A program made the position numbers and the translations under genes. A stretch of DNA of 62,973 nt, counting the filler. It is 8 parts of 8 records of this genome, joined end to end, with 100 filler letters (N's around TTAATTAATTAA, not from the genome) between each part and the next. Parts side by side here need not be neighbours in the genome. Positions count along the whole stretch, not along the records: positions 16,458 to 23,012 come from SRR2962707_4108; positions 23,113 to 38,680 come from SRR2962707_4113; 6 more parts are not named here. One strand, 5' to 3'. Of this stretch, positions 22,201 through 31,641 are shown in pieces. The notes beneath the pieces were generated by a model. It worked only from the letters and a program-made list of their open reading frames with translations. It did no database searches and was not told where the DNA came from. Every line of letters starts with the position of its first letter. The first letter of the stretch is position 1.

Positions 22201-22825
22201 CGTCGCGACGGCGCTGCAATCCGGTCCTTTCGAGAGCCAGGACGCGGGCGGGCTGGTGCGGCTGATCGGCGGCGTGGCGCGGATCGCCAATATCGCCATC
22301 GACGGTGGCGACGCGCGGCTGGTGGGCGGGGGGAGCCTCGATGTGGAAACCGCAGCGCTCGAAGCGGACTGGACGCTGGCGCTGACGCGGGCGTTGGCCA
22401 GAAACGGGCTGATTACCGAAACCACCGGGCGGATCGGTGTCGGGATCGAGGGGACACTGTTTGCGCCCGAGCGGAGCCTCGATCTGGGACCGATGGTGGA
22501 TGCCATCCAGATGCGGGCCTATGAAATCGAGCTCGATGAGCTCGAGGCGTTACGCGCCGAGCAGGAAGCACGCCAGCGCGCCGCGGCAGAGGAACAGGCG
22601 CGGCTGATGGAAGAGGAAGCGCGGCGGCAGGCCGAATTGCTGCTGCAGCAGCAACAGGAAGAGGCCGAGCGGTTGCAGAGCGAGGAACAGCAGCGCCAGC
22701 TTCAAGAGCTGGAAGAGCAATTGTCCGACCCCGTGTCACCGGAGCCCGATGCCGGGGCGGGCGAAAATCCCAATTCGTCGATCACCGTGCTGCCGCCCGG
22801 CTCGCTGCAACTGCAGCCGTTATAG
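19214..22825 (+). CDS. AsmA-family protein with C-terminal coiled coil
   Basis: N-terminal TM anchor then PWFIDWNAYK...LLPQPRL; repeated beta-taco segments; Glu/Gln/Arg-rich tail; TTG start. Confidence 0.88.
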   Translation: MANRIYIAIGLIAILLMGGAFVVPWFIDWNAYKPRMEQMAAEALGVEVEIAGDMDFTLLPQPRLHFENARLGPQEAPVGSARLVEADLSLMDFLRDRFTVTQLRLIEPELNLVIDEEGQLQTPITLAQSATVTNVSIANARLTDGVLRLTDLRSGESWQADAFNGDMQLTGVRGPFAIEGQTVHEGTALGVRVSTSAMNNAGQMQVSAFVRPTSGAFSVAAEGLLETGGAPSLNGTLTYRQAAPPDDGEAVVGGVLLQSPLIANAERIELPEFVLLPDENQTATRLTGEASVSLGAEPAFNAIVSGGVVTLQPRAVTEESAQPFEIVRLLRGMPEPLTPPLPGRIAMSINELSVRGVAVRDVRLDATSDGDSWAVEEFSGRLSGDTTLKLTGQLGRAAGWPAFDGTLAMSSPRLDALALLWKRAGEGNPLFGMGGSLNGQVQLVNDRLRLTDGLFVLDETVHTVSGDMRFGDAPSLEITAGLSALNGRQSTALAALLPPIDPTGAFGLSFPQGRLDLDVEAARVEGLALDDLSLRSAWSAEGLDLESVTVGSYGGVGFDGTGRLSGTLAAPVIAGEGNLDIASNAPAMALLAGEDNPLRQSLLGSLPAQVAVVLEAPGRDGVQTLNLDGRAGASEVSGRLEMTGGITGLGRENLVVVLDAGAESGAQLLDQLGLAPLIAGEDGAIASARLEGNPRGNMDAEFSLEGGGERIDFSGTLQLSDLGSIRGEGQTSFLFADGVALAELAGAQGTWFPGLEGQANIGFVGNDSVRLSEISAFAGEREIGGTLSYAAQRDTALVTGSLGFDGLDVETVAAMLAGPAGVLNLSPGVWPDGPVDLGVSQRTTRGRIAITAPVLMAGDERLIEALAFDYAWGEEDVGLRGLFGEFGGGTIQLDATACCASALADKSLSGRLTLNGVEIDAALPDTPADILGGTLTLGVQFQGSGDSYRTFAGSLNGEGSFSVEDLRIEGLSPDAFQAAANVDNLIEIDPEALEILVATALQSGPFESQDAGGLVRLIGGVARIANIAIDGGDARLVGGGSLDVETAALEADWTLALTRALARNGLITETTGRIGVGIEGTLFAPERSLDLGPMVDAIQMRAYEIELDELEALRAEQEARQRAAAEEQARLMEEEARRQAELLLQQQQEEAERLQSEEQQRQLQELEEQLSDPVSPEPDAGAGENPNSSITVLPPGSLQLQPL

Positions 22826-23012
22826 CTTGGGGGCCGAGCGGTACCAGGCGAGAACGAAGACACGGATGGCCGAGGACAGGTTCGGGTCCTCGCGCGTTTC
22901 GTCGATTTCAGCGATCAGATGGGGCAGAGAGATGCCGCGTGTGCCGGCGATGGATTCGAGCGCATCCCAAAAGGGCGGCTCGAGCGCGATGGAGGTGCGA
23001 TGGCCGGCAATG
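22820..23012 (-). CDS. Ribbon-helix-helix (RHH_4-type) DNA-binding protein, 5' truncated; not listed in the ORF track
   Basis: Translated by hand: IAGHRTSIALEPPFWDALESIA...IAEID...NLSSAIRVFVL...KL*. Its stop overlaps the AsmA stop. Confidence 0.88.
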
Positions 23013-23112
23013 NNNNNNNNNNNNNNNNNNNNNNNNNNNNNNNNNNNNNNNNNNNNTTAATTAATTAANNNNNNNNNNNNNNNNNNNNNNNNNNNNNNNN
23101 NNNNNNNNNNNN
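23013..23112. other. Artificial contig spacer
   Basis: N44-TTAATTAATTAA-N44. Confidence 0.98.
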
Positions 23113-23510
23113 CAGGAAAAATAAACTGCCATAAGCCGTCTAGCATTTCAGCAACAATCGGTTGTGTGGCCATTTAGTAAAAATATGAAGTAGAGGATTA
23201 AATTCAATTCTATGTATAGAATCGTTCTTTCCTATCGTTCGCTTTATTATCTAAGGAGATGAGTCTCTATATGTAAGTTTCATAAAGAAAGGATCAAAAA
23301 TACCTTAACCTACCAGCCTTTTTCATAAGGAGCAAATCCTCACACTTCTCCACTTCATACATATATAAAAAGTCTGGAGTTATTTCCAAATTCGCAATAG
23401 GATCAATAATAGTACATACATACTAACTAATGATCTATTAATTTGGATTAATATTTAATTCCTCACATGTCTTGAAGATTGCTCATGAATTTGTGAAAAG
23501 TTTAAAAATC

Positions 23511-24122
23511 TCATTTTTCCTTTGAGGACAAATCAAAAAGTTTCTTTTTCATATGTCCAATATGAATTTTAAGGATTGGTTCAAATTTTATTTTTGCAGG
23601 CTCAGTCAAGAATCTTAGGTGACTCAAAAAAGAAATCTGCAATTCTAACCATTCACGTTCTGAATATTTAGATCCAAGTAAGTATTCCCACTCTTTTCTT
23701 AGTGCCTTGGCTCTCCTCTCCATATCTAAAGTTCCGATATGACTCAAATCTGCATCATGAAGGATTTCTTGCATTGTGGTTAAGCATGGTGAAGTTAGTT
23801 TTGTTGAAAGAATCAAGGATTTAACTGTTTCAATTTCTTCCTTTGCCACATCTCTAATTTCTAGAAACTCAGCTGCAATCCTTGCACTCATTTCTTCATG
23901 ATTGGTGTAGCTTTTGACATGCCCAGTGTCGTGAAAATAAGCCGCCACTTTCAAGATTGACAAATCCTTTTCTGAAAGACCACATTGTTTACCTAATTCC
24001 ATTGACACTCTTACAACTTCCTGCGTATGATTCCAATTATGAAATAGGTATTTGTGGTCTAAACTAATAAGCAGTTCATTTGTATATTGTTTGACTTCTA
24101 TTATGGTTGACTCAGAAATCAT
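23511..24122 (-). CDS. HD-domain metal-dependent phosphohydrolase
   Basis: FHNWNHT, AAYFHDTG, HEEMS and HDADLSH motifs. Confidence 0.88.
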   Translation of the reverse strand: MISESTIIEVKQYTNELLISLDHKYLFHNWNHTQEVVRVSMELGKQCGLSEKDLSILKVAAYFHDTGHVKSYTNHEEMSARIAAEFLEIRDVAKEEIETVKSLILSTKLTSPCLTTMQEILHDADLSHIGTLDMERRAKALRKEWEYLLGSKYSEREWLELQISFLSHLRFLTEPAKIKFEPILKIHIGHMKKKLFDLSSKEK

Positions 24123-24158
24123 TGTTAAAACACGGTCAATTTCCTTTCTAAATCTTCT

Positions 24159-24839
24159 TCAATATTGATTACTTGTAGTTCTATTTTTTAATTCATTTTT
24201 ATCAAATTTGCATACAGTGGTTTTACGGCCTTCCTTTGGCATAGTTCGAAATATAATATCCCATAATGGTGTGCTTACACCGAAAGCACGATCGTGTTGT
24301 TGATAATGATGTATATTATGATGTTTCCACCAGAAATTAAATCTACTGGGCACAGGTAATCGATGGATCATTGTGTGTATCCACATGTAAACTGAGTATC
24401 CTATAACAAATCCCGGACTGAAGATGAGTGCTTCATGACCGAGGATAACATAAAACAAACCAAAAAAGAATCCAGCTATACCAAGTGAAGGTACTGGAGG
24501 TAAAACAGTTTTGCTTTTGTCATTGGGGTAGGCATGATGGATGCCATGAAACATATAATGAAATCCTGTGTCATAGCTTGCATCTTTAATTTTATGATAA
24601 ATAAAGCGATGAAGTAAATATTCAGCAAATGTCCATGAAAACAGTCCAGATAAGAAGTAGATGATTATCAAATCAATTCTCGCATTAAACTCACTATAAT
24701 ATATAAACACAGCTACAGCAGATAGCAATAGATACATAGTGAAAATCAGGGCTGGATGGGACCATGTTAATGCATTTAAAATCTTGCTCCTGAACAAGCT
24801 AGGTGCTTTTTGATTGGGATATATTACTGCTTCTTTCAT
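24159..24839 (-). CDS. Fatty acid hydroxylase / sterol desaturase family (FA2H-like)
   Basis: His boxes EYLLHRFIYH, HGIHH, HTMIH and HHNIHH; FGVSTPLWD motif; TM segments. Confidence 0.9.
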   Translation of the reverse strand: MKEAVIYPNQKAPSLFRSKILNALTWSHPALIFTMYLLLSAVAVFIYYSEFNARIDLIIIYFLSGLFSWTFAEYLLHRFIYHKIKDASYDTGFHYMFHGIHHAYPNDKSKTVLPPVPSLGIAGFFFGLFYVILGHEALIFSPGFVIGYSVYMWIHTMIHRLPVPSRFNFWWKHHNIHHYQQHDRAFGVSTPLWDIIFRTMPKEGRKTTVCKFDKNELKNRTTSNQY

Positions 24840-24857
24840 TCCATCTATCTTTTAAGT

Positions 24858-27800
24858 TTACGTTTGAGTCGTATTCAGCTCAGTGGTATATTTCTCTTTT
24901 CTCTCTGTCAATCCTAATTTTTCTACCAGTCTATCAGCAATCAAATAGACAACTGGGACGACCACAAGGCTTAAGAGCATTGAACTGGAAAGACCCCCGA
25001 TAATTGCCCATCCAAGGCCATTTTTCCACTCAGCTCCAGCTCCACTAGCGAGAGCTATTGGCAATACACCAAATACCAGGGCAATGGTCGTCATCAATAT
25101 TGGTCTTAAGCGCGCTTTAGTTGCTTCAATCAAAGCGTCTCGTGTATTAGAGCCACTTTCTTTAGCTTGATTAGCAAAGTCAACCACCAAAATGGCATTT
25201 TTAGCTACAAGGCCAATTAATACAATGATCCCCAAGATGGAAAAGATATTCAGTGTTTGTTTTGCGAGCGCCAGGGCTAGGAGTGCTCCAACGATGGCTA
25301 CAGGTATGGAAAAAAGAATGACCAACGGATAGATATAATTATCGTATAAGGCCACAAGAATTAGATATACCAGGATTATTGAGAAAAGAAAAGCAGAACC
25401 TAAAGCCCCGAACGATTGTGATTGCCTTTTCAAATCACCATCAAATGAATACGTTACTCCTGGAGGTAGATCCTTATTATCAATGATGTCCTGTAATTCC
25501 TGACCAACAGCCCCTGCTGGAATACCTATTATCTTAGAAGATAGTTTGACCGAGTTGATCCGGTCTTTTCGTTCCAGCCTTGATGGACCTACCGTATCAG
25601 AAACAACTGCAAACTGATCGAGTGTTACCGGCTGATTATACCTATTAATAAATATCAAGGATTCTACATCTCTAACTTTTCTCCTATCAAATTCATTCAG
25701 TTTCACATTAATGTCATATTCATAGTTTCCATCTTTATAGGCTGCATCAGTGTTTCCAGAAAAGGCTACTTGCATGGTAGCACCAACGGTACCCAAATCC
25801 AATCCCAGGCTAGCCATTTTGTCTCTGTCTATATCCACTTTTACTTCTGGTGTTCCCTCTCTAATACTCAATTCAAGTTCTGTAGTACCCGCTACTTTTG
25901 CCAAGTCATTTTTTATGTCATTAGCAAGCTTCATCAGCTGATCCAGGTCCGGTCCGGCAAAGATCACTTGTATTGGCGCTTCAGTAGCTGTACCTAGTAT
26001 ACTTGTAGGCGATGAATAGACAATAATTCCTGGTATATCTTCCTGAAGCATGAGCTTGACTTGCTTTGAAAATACGGTTGCTGATACATCACGCTGATCA
26101 TAAGGAACCATCTTTACATTGATCTCAGCTTCATTTGGTATAGCCTGGGTTCCACCAAAACCCTGACTGGTCTGACCAACAGTGGTGAAGGTACTCACCA
26201 CCTCTGGTAATTTTGAAATCAGGTTCTCAGCAGTCCTTGTTGTAAGGTTGGTTTTTTCCACCGAAGCGTTTTTCGGGAGCTCAATGCGAATCACAAACTC
26301 GCCTCGATCTCCTTGTGTAATGAACTCGCCACCAATGAATCCAAATCCAACAAGCAAAAAGGATCCAATTAACAATCCCCCAGTGACAATAAGTGTGATT
26401 GTCTTGTTGTTCATTGATTGAATCAAAACCCTGTTAATCCATCCACCAAAAGAGTCTATAACACCTTCAAAAGTCCTGTTAAACCGAGCTGCGAGACCAT
26501 TAGGATTGAAGCTTTCTATTTTAGCAAAACGAGAGGTTAGCAGGGGAATAATTGTGAATGCCACCAAAAGGCTCAATAGCGTGGCTACAACGATCACCAG
26601 AGAGAAGTTCGTCAATATCGGGGATATAAGAGATTCTACCAGTGCAAGCGGTAAGAAAACCACAACAATCACAAGTGTGATGGAAGTGACTGTAAACCCA
26701 ATCTCTTTCACCCCGTCAAAAGAAGCCCTGATCCGGTTTTTGCCCATCTCCATATGCCTGTATATATTTTCTATAACAACAATGGCATCATCCACAAGAA
26801 TACCCACCACTAAGGATAGTGCCAGAAGGGTCATCAGATTTAGCGTAAAGCCGGCAAGGTACATCGCAGTAAAAGTGGCAACAAGGGAAATCGGCACAGC
26901 TATCATTACAATAATAGCATTCCTTATACTGTGCAAAAACAAAAACATGACTATGGCTACAAGAATGACTGCTATGTACAGATCGTGTATTACACTATCT
27001 GCTGCTTCAAGTGTAAATTCTGATTGATCTTGGGCAATGTTAAATTTGAGGCCTTCCTCACTGTATATTTCTTCCAGCTCCTGGATTTTATCTCGTACAA
27101 GCTCACTAACCGCTACGGCATTTGCATCTGTTTGCTTGGTGAGGAGTATTCCTATTGAGTTTTCAAGATTAAAGCGTGCTACCTTTTCCACCTTGACTTT
27201 TCCGTCCACTACCTCGCCTATATCTTTAACCCTTATCTCTGCTCCACTTGGTAAAGAACCAATGACTAAATTTCTTATTTCTTCCAGGTCTTGATATTTA
27301 CCTGAAAGCCGTATGGTTCGCTGCTCTTCATTGGTTTCTATTTTCCCGGTTGGAAAATCAAGATTTGATACTTCAATCATTTGTACCAACTGTAAAATGG
27401 AAAGGTTGTATGCTTTTAGCCTTTCCCTGTCAATATTGACTTTGATTTCCCTCTCTTCTCCACCTACTAATTGTACCTGAGCCATGCCGTCTATCCTTGA
27501 AAGCTCGGGAACTATTCGTTGATCTACAAGATCAAAAAATGCCGAAGGGACCAAGTTGCTTGCTGTACTGGCCAGGCTAATAATTGGCAAGTCATCAATT
27601 GAAAATTTTGATAACGAAGGTTGATCAGCATCCTCCGGAAGTTGAGATATGATTCCGTTGACCTTACGCTGAGCTTCCTGTAGCGCCAAATCTACATCTG
27701 CGTCTGTAGTGAGCTCAACCGTGACAATTGAAACAGACTCTAGCGAAGTAGAACTGATAGATTCCACATTTTCCATGGAGGAAAGTACATCTTCAATTTT

Positions 27801-27995
27801 CTCAGAAACTGATGTTTTCACTTCGCTGGGAGCCGCACCTGGATAAGTGGTAGTGATGGTAACAATGGGTTGAGTAAACTTGGGGAGAAGCTCATAGCCT
27901 AAAAGCGAATAAGAGACTAAACCCAGCAATGTAAGTACTATAAAAACCACAACAGGTGCTGTGGATCGTTTTATTGATATTTCAGTGATTTTCAT
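24858..27995 (-). CDS. RND efflux permease (AcrB/AcrD/AcrF family)
   Basis: 1045 aa; GILVDDAIVVIENI, AKNAILVVD, RLRPILMT. Confidence 0.96.
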   Translation of the reverse strand: MKITEISIKRSTAPVVVFIVLTLLGLVSYSLLGYELLPKFTQPIVTITTTYPGAAPSEVKTSVSEKIEDVLSSMENVESISSTSLESVSIVTVELTTDADVDLALQEAQRKVNGIISQLPEDADQPSLSKFSIDDLPIISLASTASNLVPSAFFDLVDQRIVPELSRIDGMAQVQLVGGEEREIKVNIDRERLKAYNLSILQLVQMIEVSNLDFPTGKIETNEEQRTIRLSGKYQDLEEIRNLVIGSLPSGAEIRVKDIGEVVDGKVKVEKVARFNLENSIGILLTKQTDANAVAVSELVRDKIQELEEIYSEEGLKFNIAQDQSEFTLEAADSVIHDLYIAVILVAIVMFLFLHSIRNAIIVMIAVPISLVATFTAMYLAGFTLNLMTLLALSLVVGILVDDAIVVIENIYRHMEMGKNRIRASFDGVKEIGFTVTSITLVIVVVFLPLALVESLISPILTNFSLVIVVATLLSLLVAFTIIPLLTSRFAKIESFNPNGLAARFNRTFEGVIDSFGGWINRVLIQSMNNKTITLIVTGGLLIGSFLLVGFGFIGGEFITQGDRGEFVIRIELPKNASVEKTNLTTRTAENLISKLPEVVSTFTTVGQTSQGFGGTQAIPNEAEINVKMVPYDQRDVSATVFSKQVKLMLQEDIPGIIVYSSPTSILGTATEAPIQVIFAGPDLDQLMKLANDIKNDLAKVAGTTELELSIREGTPEVKVDIDRDKMASLGLDLGTVGATMQVAFSGNTDAAYKDGNYEYDINVKLNEFDRRKVRDVESLIFINRYNQPVTLDQFAVVSDTVGPSRLERKDRINSVKLSSKIIGIPAGAVGQELQDIIDNKDLPPGVTYSFDGDLKRQSQSFGALGSAFLFSIILVYLILVALYDNYIYPLVILFSIPVAIVGALLALALAKQTLNIFSILGIIVLIGLVAKNAILVVDFANQAKESGSNTRDALIEATKARLRPILMTTIALVFGVLPIALASGAGAEWKNGLGWAIIGGLSSSMLLSLVVVPVVYLIADRLVEKLGLTERKEKYTTELNTTQT

Positions 27996-28001
27996 AATGA
28001 G

Positions 28002-29048
28002 CTATTCTTTAATCCCAACTTTAGCACCATCTGTTAAATTAATTTGACCGGAGATAATAACTAAGTCTCCTTCATTAATGCCGGAGACTATTTCTATGTA
28101 GTTGTCATTTCTTTGGCCAATCACGATTTTCTTCAATACCGCTGTGCTGTCCTGATAAATATAGACCTGTGGGTTTTCAATGCTACCTGCAAGGACATTT
28201 CGATTTAAGGCTAATGCCTCACTCGTTTGAATATTGAAATGGGCAGTCCCAAACATTCCAGTCTTTAAATTCTTTGATGCATTTGTAATTTTAATTTCTA
28301 CTGGAAATGTAAGGGCCTCTGAACTTCTGACTCCAATTCTGCTTACTGTCCCTTCAAATTCATTACCACTCATCGCTTGTATTGTAATAGTAACAGACAT
28401 GCCCAATTCCACCTGCTGTATGCGATTTTCAGAAACCATTACCACCATTTTCATCCTGTCTACATCTACAATGTCAAAAAGTGGATCTCCACCTCGCACA
28501 TAACTTCCCTTTTCAATGTATCTTTTGTCATTTATTCCTGAAAATGGCGCTCTAATAAATGTGTCATTATAAGCCTTTTCTGCTGAAATCAAATCAGTCT
28601 TGGCCTTTACGTAAGCCAGCTGAATATTATCCAAGTCCTGCTGGCTAATTCCACCAGCTTCAAATAGGTTCTCAATACGTTTCTTTTCTTTTCCTATTTT
28701 CTCAAAATTGGCCTTCGCTAAATCCAAAGCTGCTTTTATAGTTTGGTCATCAAGTCTGGCAAGTACCTGGTTTGATTTTATATATGTACCATCTTCAATC
28801 TGTATTGATTCAATAACCCCGGGCATTTCTGATGAAACAGTAACTTCTTTGTTCGGAATCAGGTTACCATTTACCTGAAAGCTCCTCTCAATCGTTCTTT
28901 TTCTCAATGGCTCTACACTCACCGGGATGAAGTCTGGTTTTATCTGGGCCAATTTCACTTCCTCTTTCATTTCTTCTTTGTTGCTCTTCAATATAAAGGC
29001 AACCAGAGCAATCAAGGCTAGGAATATTATTGAGTTTATCTTTTTCAT
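28002..29048 (-). CDS. RND periplasmic adaptor (membrane fusion protein)
   Basis: Lipoyl halves (VSSEMPG, IRAPFSG), alpha hairpin, LKTGMF; lies between TolC and the RND permease. Confidence 0.93.
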   Translation of the reverse strand: MKKINSIIFLALIALVAFILKSNKEEMKEEVKLAQIKPDFIPVSVEPLRKRTIERSFQVNGNLIPNKEVTVSSEMPGVIESIQIEDGTYIKSNQVLARLDDQTIKAALDLAKANFEKIGKEKKRIENLFEAGGISQQDLDNIQLAYVKAKTDLISAEKAYNDTFIRAPFSGINDKRYIEKGSYVRGGDPLFDIVDVDRMKMVVMVSENRIQQVELGMSVTITIQAMSGNEFEGTVSRIGVRSSEALTFPVEIKITNASKNLKTGMFGTAHFNIQTSEALALNRNVLAGSIENPQVYIYQDSTAVLKKIVIGQRNDNYIEIVSGINEGDLVIISGQINLTDGAKVGIKE

Positions 29049-29056
29049 ATATTCAA

Positions 29057-30400
29057 TTAATAAGATTCGAGGAGTTTACCTGTTGATTTGAGTATTTCTA
29101 TTTCTGATATTTTCACTTGAAGAAGTGCTGCTGAGTAGTTGAGCTGGGAGGTAGTAAGTGCAGTCTCTGCACTCAGTAAGTCTGTCAGGTCGGACAACCC
29201 TTCTTCATAACTTTTCTGAGAAAGGTCATAGACCTTTTGTGCTAGATCAACACTTGTTTTTCTCGTTTCAAGGGTCGATAAACTCTGATTGAGTTTATTC
29301 TGAGCATTGGCATAGTCGACACTATATTTCTCTCTTGTAAATTCGATAGACTCCTCAACCTGCTCTTTTTTCAGTTGGGATTGCATGCTTTGGGCACTCC
29401 TTCTAAAACCATCAAAAAGTGACAGCTTAAGACTGAGCCCAATGGATGAAACGTCATACCAGTTGGTAGTTACATCTGAACCCGAAAATAGCGCATCGTT
29501 GCTTATGCCATTGTAGGCATAGTTGGCAAAAAAACTCAGCTTAGGGAAATACCCTGATTGAAAATTTATTTTTTCCAGTTCGTATAGTCTCTTTTGAACA
29601 TTAAGCAGATTGAGATCCGTGAGATTTTCATGAGTCATAGGTGGTACATCAACCAACTGCACTTCTTTATCTTCATCGTATTCCAAAATGAGGATAGTCT
29701 CCTGATCCATCCCCATGATTAGCTGCAGTTGCTTTATGGTGTTTTTTCTAGTAAGGTTCAGGTCAGAGAGCTGGACTTCAAGGTTCATTTTAGAAACCTT
29801 AAGACGATCATGGTCAACTTGCTTGATGAAGCCCTGATCTAATTGCACTGCGGATATTTCAAGAAGTTTATTGGTCTGATCCAAATTACTTTGAAGAATA
29901 TCAATATTCCTCTCTAATATGGAGACATTGTAATAAAGGATTACCGCTCGGTAAACGACCTCTTCTTTGGTTTTTTTTACCCTTAAAGCATACAACTCTT
30001 CAGAGGATCTTGCAGCTTTCAAAGCAGTAAATACAGATTTATCAAAAAGAGGTTGGTTAAGAGACAATGCAATAGAGTTGGTGTAATCCAACCCTACTTC
30101 TAAGGTGCTAACCTCACCCGGATTGCCTGTGAGTTCTCCAGGCACGACCAATACTGGAAGAAGTAGATTGTTTGTATAGTTTCCACTAGCCATTACCTGG
30201 GGTAGAGCCGTACTTCTGACTTCTTTAGTTACCTCGAAACCTATCTTTTCCTGTATCAGGCTTTTCTTGATCTCGCTGTTGTTTTCCAGCGTATATGCTA
30301 CCACATCAGGCAATGAAAGCGTTTCCTGTGCCGCAGCTAAATTCCCAAAAAAGGAAACAAGTAATAGTGTGAAAATAGCTTTGTAATAAATTCGATTCAT
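29057..30400 (-). CDS. TolC-family outer membrane efflux protein
   Basis: Signal peptide; two OEP repeats (ALPQV...QPLFD; YFPKL...LFDG). Confidence 0.92.
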   Translation of the reverse strand: MNRIYYKAIFTLLLVSFFGNLAAAQETLSLPDVVAYTLENNSEIKKSLIQEKIGFEVTKEVRSTALPQVMASGNYTNNLLLPVLVVPGELTGNPGEVSTLEVGLDYTNSIALSLNQPLFDKSVFTALKAARSSEELYALRVKKTKEEVVYRAVILYYNVSILERNIDILQSNLDQTNKLLEISAVQLDQGFIKQVDHDRLKVSKMNLEVQLSDLNLTRKNTIKQLQLIMGMDQETILILEYDEDKEVQLVDVPPMTHENLTDLNLLNVQKRLYELEKINFQSGYFPKLSFFANYAYNGISNDALFSGSDVTTNWYDVSSIGLSLKLSLFDGFRRSAQSMQSQLKKEQVEESIEFTREKYSVDYANAQNKLNQSLSTLETRKTSVDLAQKVYDLSQKSYEEGLSDLTDLLSAETALTTSQLNYSAALLQVKISEIEILKSTGKLLESY

Positions 30401-30417
30401 AGATTCTATGATTGTAT

Positions 30418-30870
30418 TTAATTTTTAGCTTCCCATTCAGAAAGAATAGCGGGAAGCTTATTCTCAAAAAGTTGATATAAATCGCGAATTTTTGTGAGTT
30501 GTAAATTGCTTTCTTTTAATTTATTAGATCTGAGTTCCAGTGCCTGATCAAGCACCAGTCTATAGCTCTGGTATTCTTCGCCAATTGACTTCAATAATTC
30601 AATCCAGGTCTTAAAATTCAGGCGGAAGTACCTCTTACGATCACCTATATTTGTACTAGCCTCTATATATTTTTTATCAAGAAGATAGTTTATTCCGTTA
30701 CTCACTGCTGATTTACTGGCTTTCAGGGTTTTTTGTATTTCATAGAAATTCATCGTTTCAGAATCAGATACCAATAGCAGAGAAAGTACCCTACTCACTA
30801 TAGGGGAGAATCCTTTTTTTTCAATGAGAGCACCAGTAGCCTCAATAAACTGAGCTTTTTCTTTTTCCAT
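30418..30870 (-). CDS. GbsR/MarR-family transcriptional regulator
   Basis: GFSPIVSRVLSLL, LKASKSAVSNGINYL, GDRKRYF. Start taken at MEKEK. Confidence 0.85.
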   Translation of the reverse strand: MEKEKAQFIEATGALIEKKGFSPIVSRVLSLLLVSDSETMNFYEIQKTLKASKSAVSNGINYLLDKKYIEASTNIGDRKRYFRLNFKTWIELLKSIGEEYQSYRLVLDQALELRSNKLKESNLQLTKIRDLYQLFENKLPAILSEWEAKN

Positions 30871-30902
30871 TAGTTTTTTTATGAAGTGCAAATATGTAAT
30901 TT

Positions 30903-30926
30903 TTAGTTCTGAAACAGAAAAACTAA
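30903..30926. promoter_or_regulatory. Candidate operator between the divergent regulators
   Basis: TTAGTTCTGAAACAGAAAAACTAA has TTAGTT/AACTAA arms and an inner TTCTG/CAGAA dyad. Confidence 0.45.
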
Positions 30927-30948
30927 CTTTATTTTATTAATTGACAGT

Positions 30949-31515
30949 ATGAAAAAACTTAGGATTCTGGCTACAATTCGAAAATTGATTTTAGAAGAGG
31001 GTTTTGAAAATGCAAGCCTCGATCGTGTATCCGTTGAATTAGGAATTTCAAAAAAAACCATTTATACGTACTATGATTCTAAATCAGACATACTTACTAT
31101 TCTTCTAAAAAGGTTTATTGTTAAGCACATAAAATATTACGAAACCAAAATAGATTACCTAGATCCAATACAAAGAATTATTCAACTCTTCTATATGTGT
31201 AACGAAATATACACGCTTATTGACAACAAGGTTTTGAGATTTATAGCCATTTATATACCTGAAGGGAAAGATGAATTCAGCACGTTTGAAAATAATTTTA
31301 TTGTTTCTTCATTTGAAAAGGCAATTGTTGAGGGGGTTTCGTTGCAATGTTTCAGAAGAGAGATTGATGCACGGATTTTGGCTATAATGGCCCTGCAATT
31401 GGCTAAACTGCAATGTAGAATTCCTGAACTAAAGAAAAGCAATAAGGACTTAGTTCAGATAATAGATCATTTTATTGCAGGATTAAAAAATCACCATGAG
31501 GAAATGAAAATCTAG
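30949..31515 (+). CDS. TetR/AcrR-family transcriptional regulator
   Basis: HTH motif EEGFENASLDRVSVELGISKKTIYTYYDSKSDIL; C-terminal G...FRREID. Confidence 0.9.
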   Translation: MKKLRILATIRKLILEEGFENASLDRVSVELGISKKTIYTYYDSKSDILTILLKRFIVKHIKYYETKIDYLDPIQRIIQLFYMCNEIYTLIDNKVLRFIAIYIPEGKDEFSTFENNFIVSSFEKAIVEGVSLQCFRREIDARILAIMALQLAKLQCRIPELKKSNKDLVQIIDHFIAGLKNHHEEMKI

Positions 31516-31641
31516 ACCTCATCCTGAACTTTTGAAAAAGATGAAGTCCAATAGGCAATCAAATACATTCTTCTATAAAGGAAGACCTAGAATATTAATT
31601 TCTGTAAGTGCTTTTTTTTACATGTAGGTTCTAAATCACAG

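Noticed and set aside
17557-22739. Long alternative-frame and antisense ORFs over the ClC and AsmA genes
   Set aside because: Shadow ORFs expected in high-GC coding DNA; no motifs.
23113-23173. Possible 5' end of a minus-strand gene (MATQPIVAEMLDGLWQFIFP)
   Set aside because: Only 20 codons before the contig end; too short to call.
23511-24122. HD protein as an antiphage (Pycsar/CBASS-associated) component
   Set aside because: No TM effector domain, cyclase or other defence gene nearby; it is a stand-alone HD domain.
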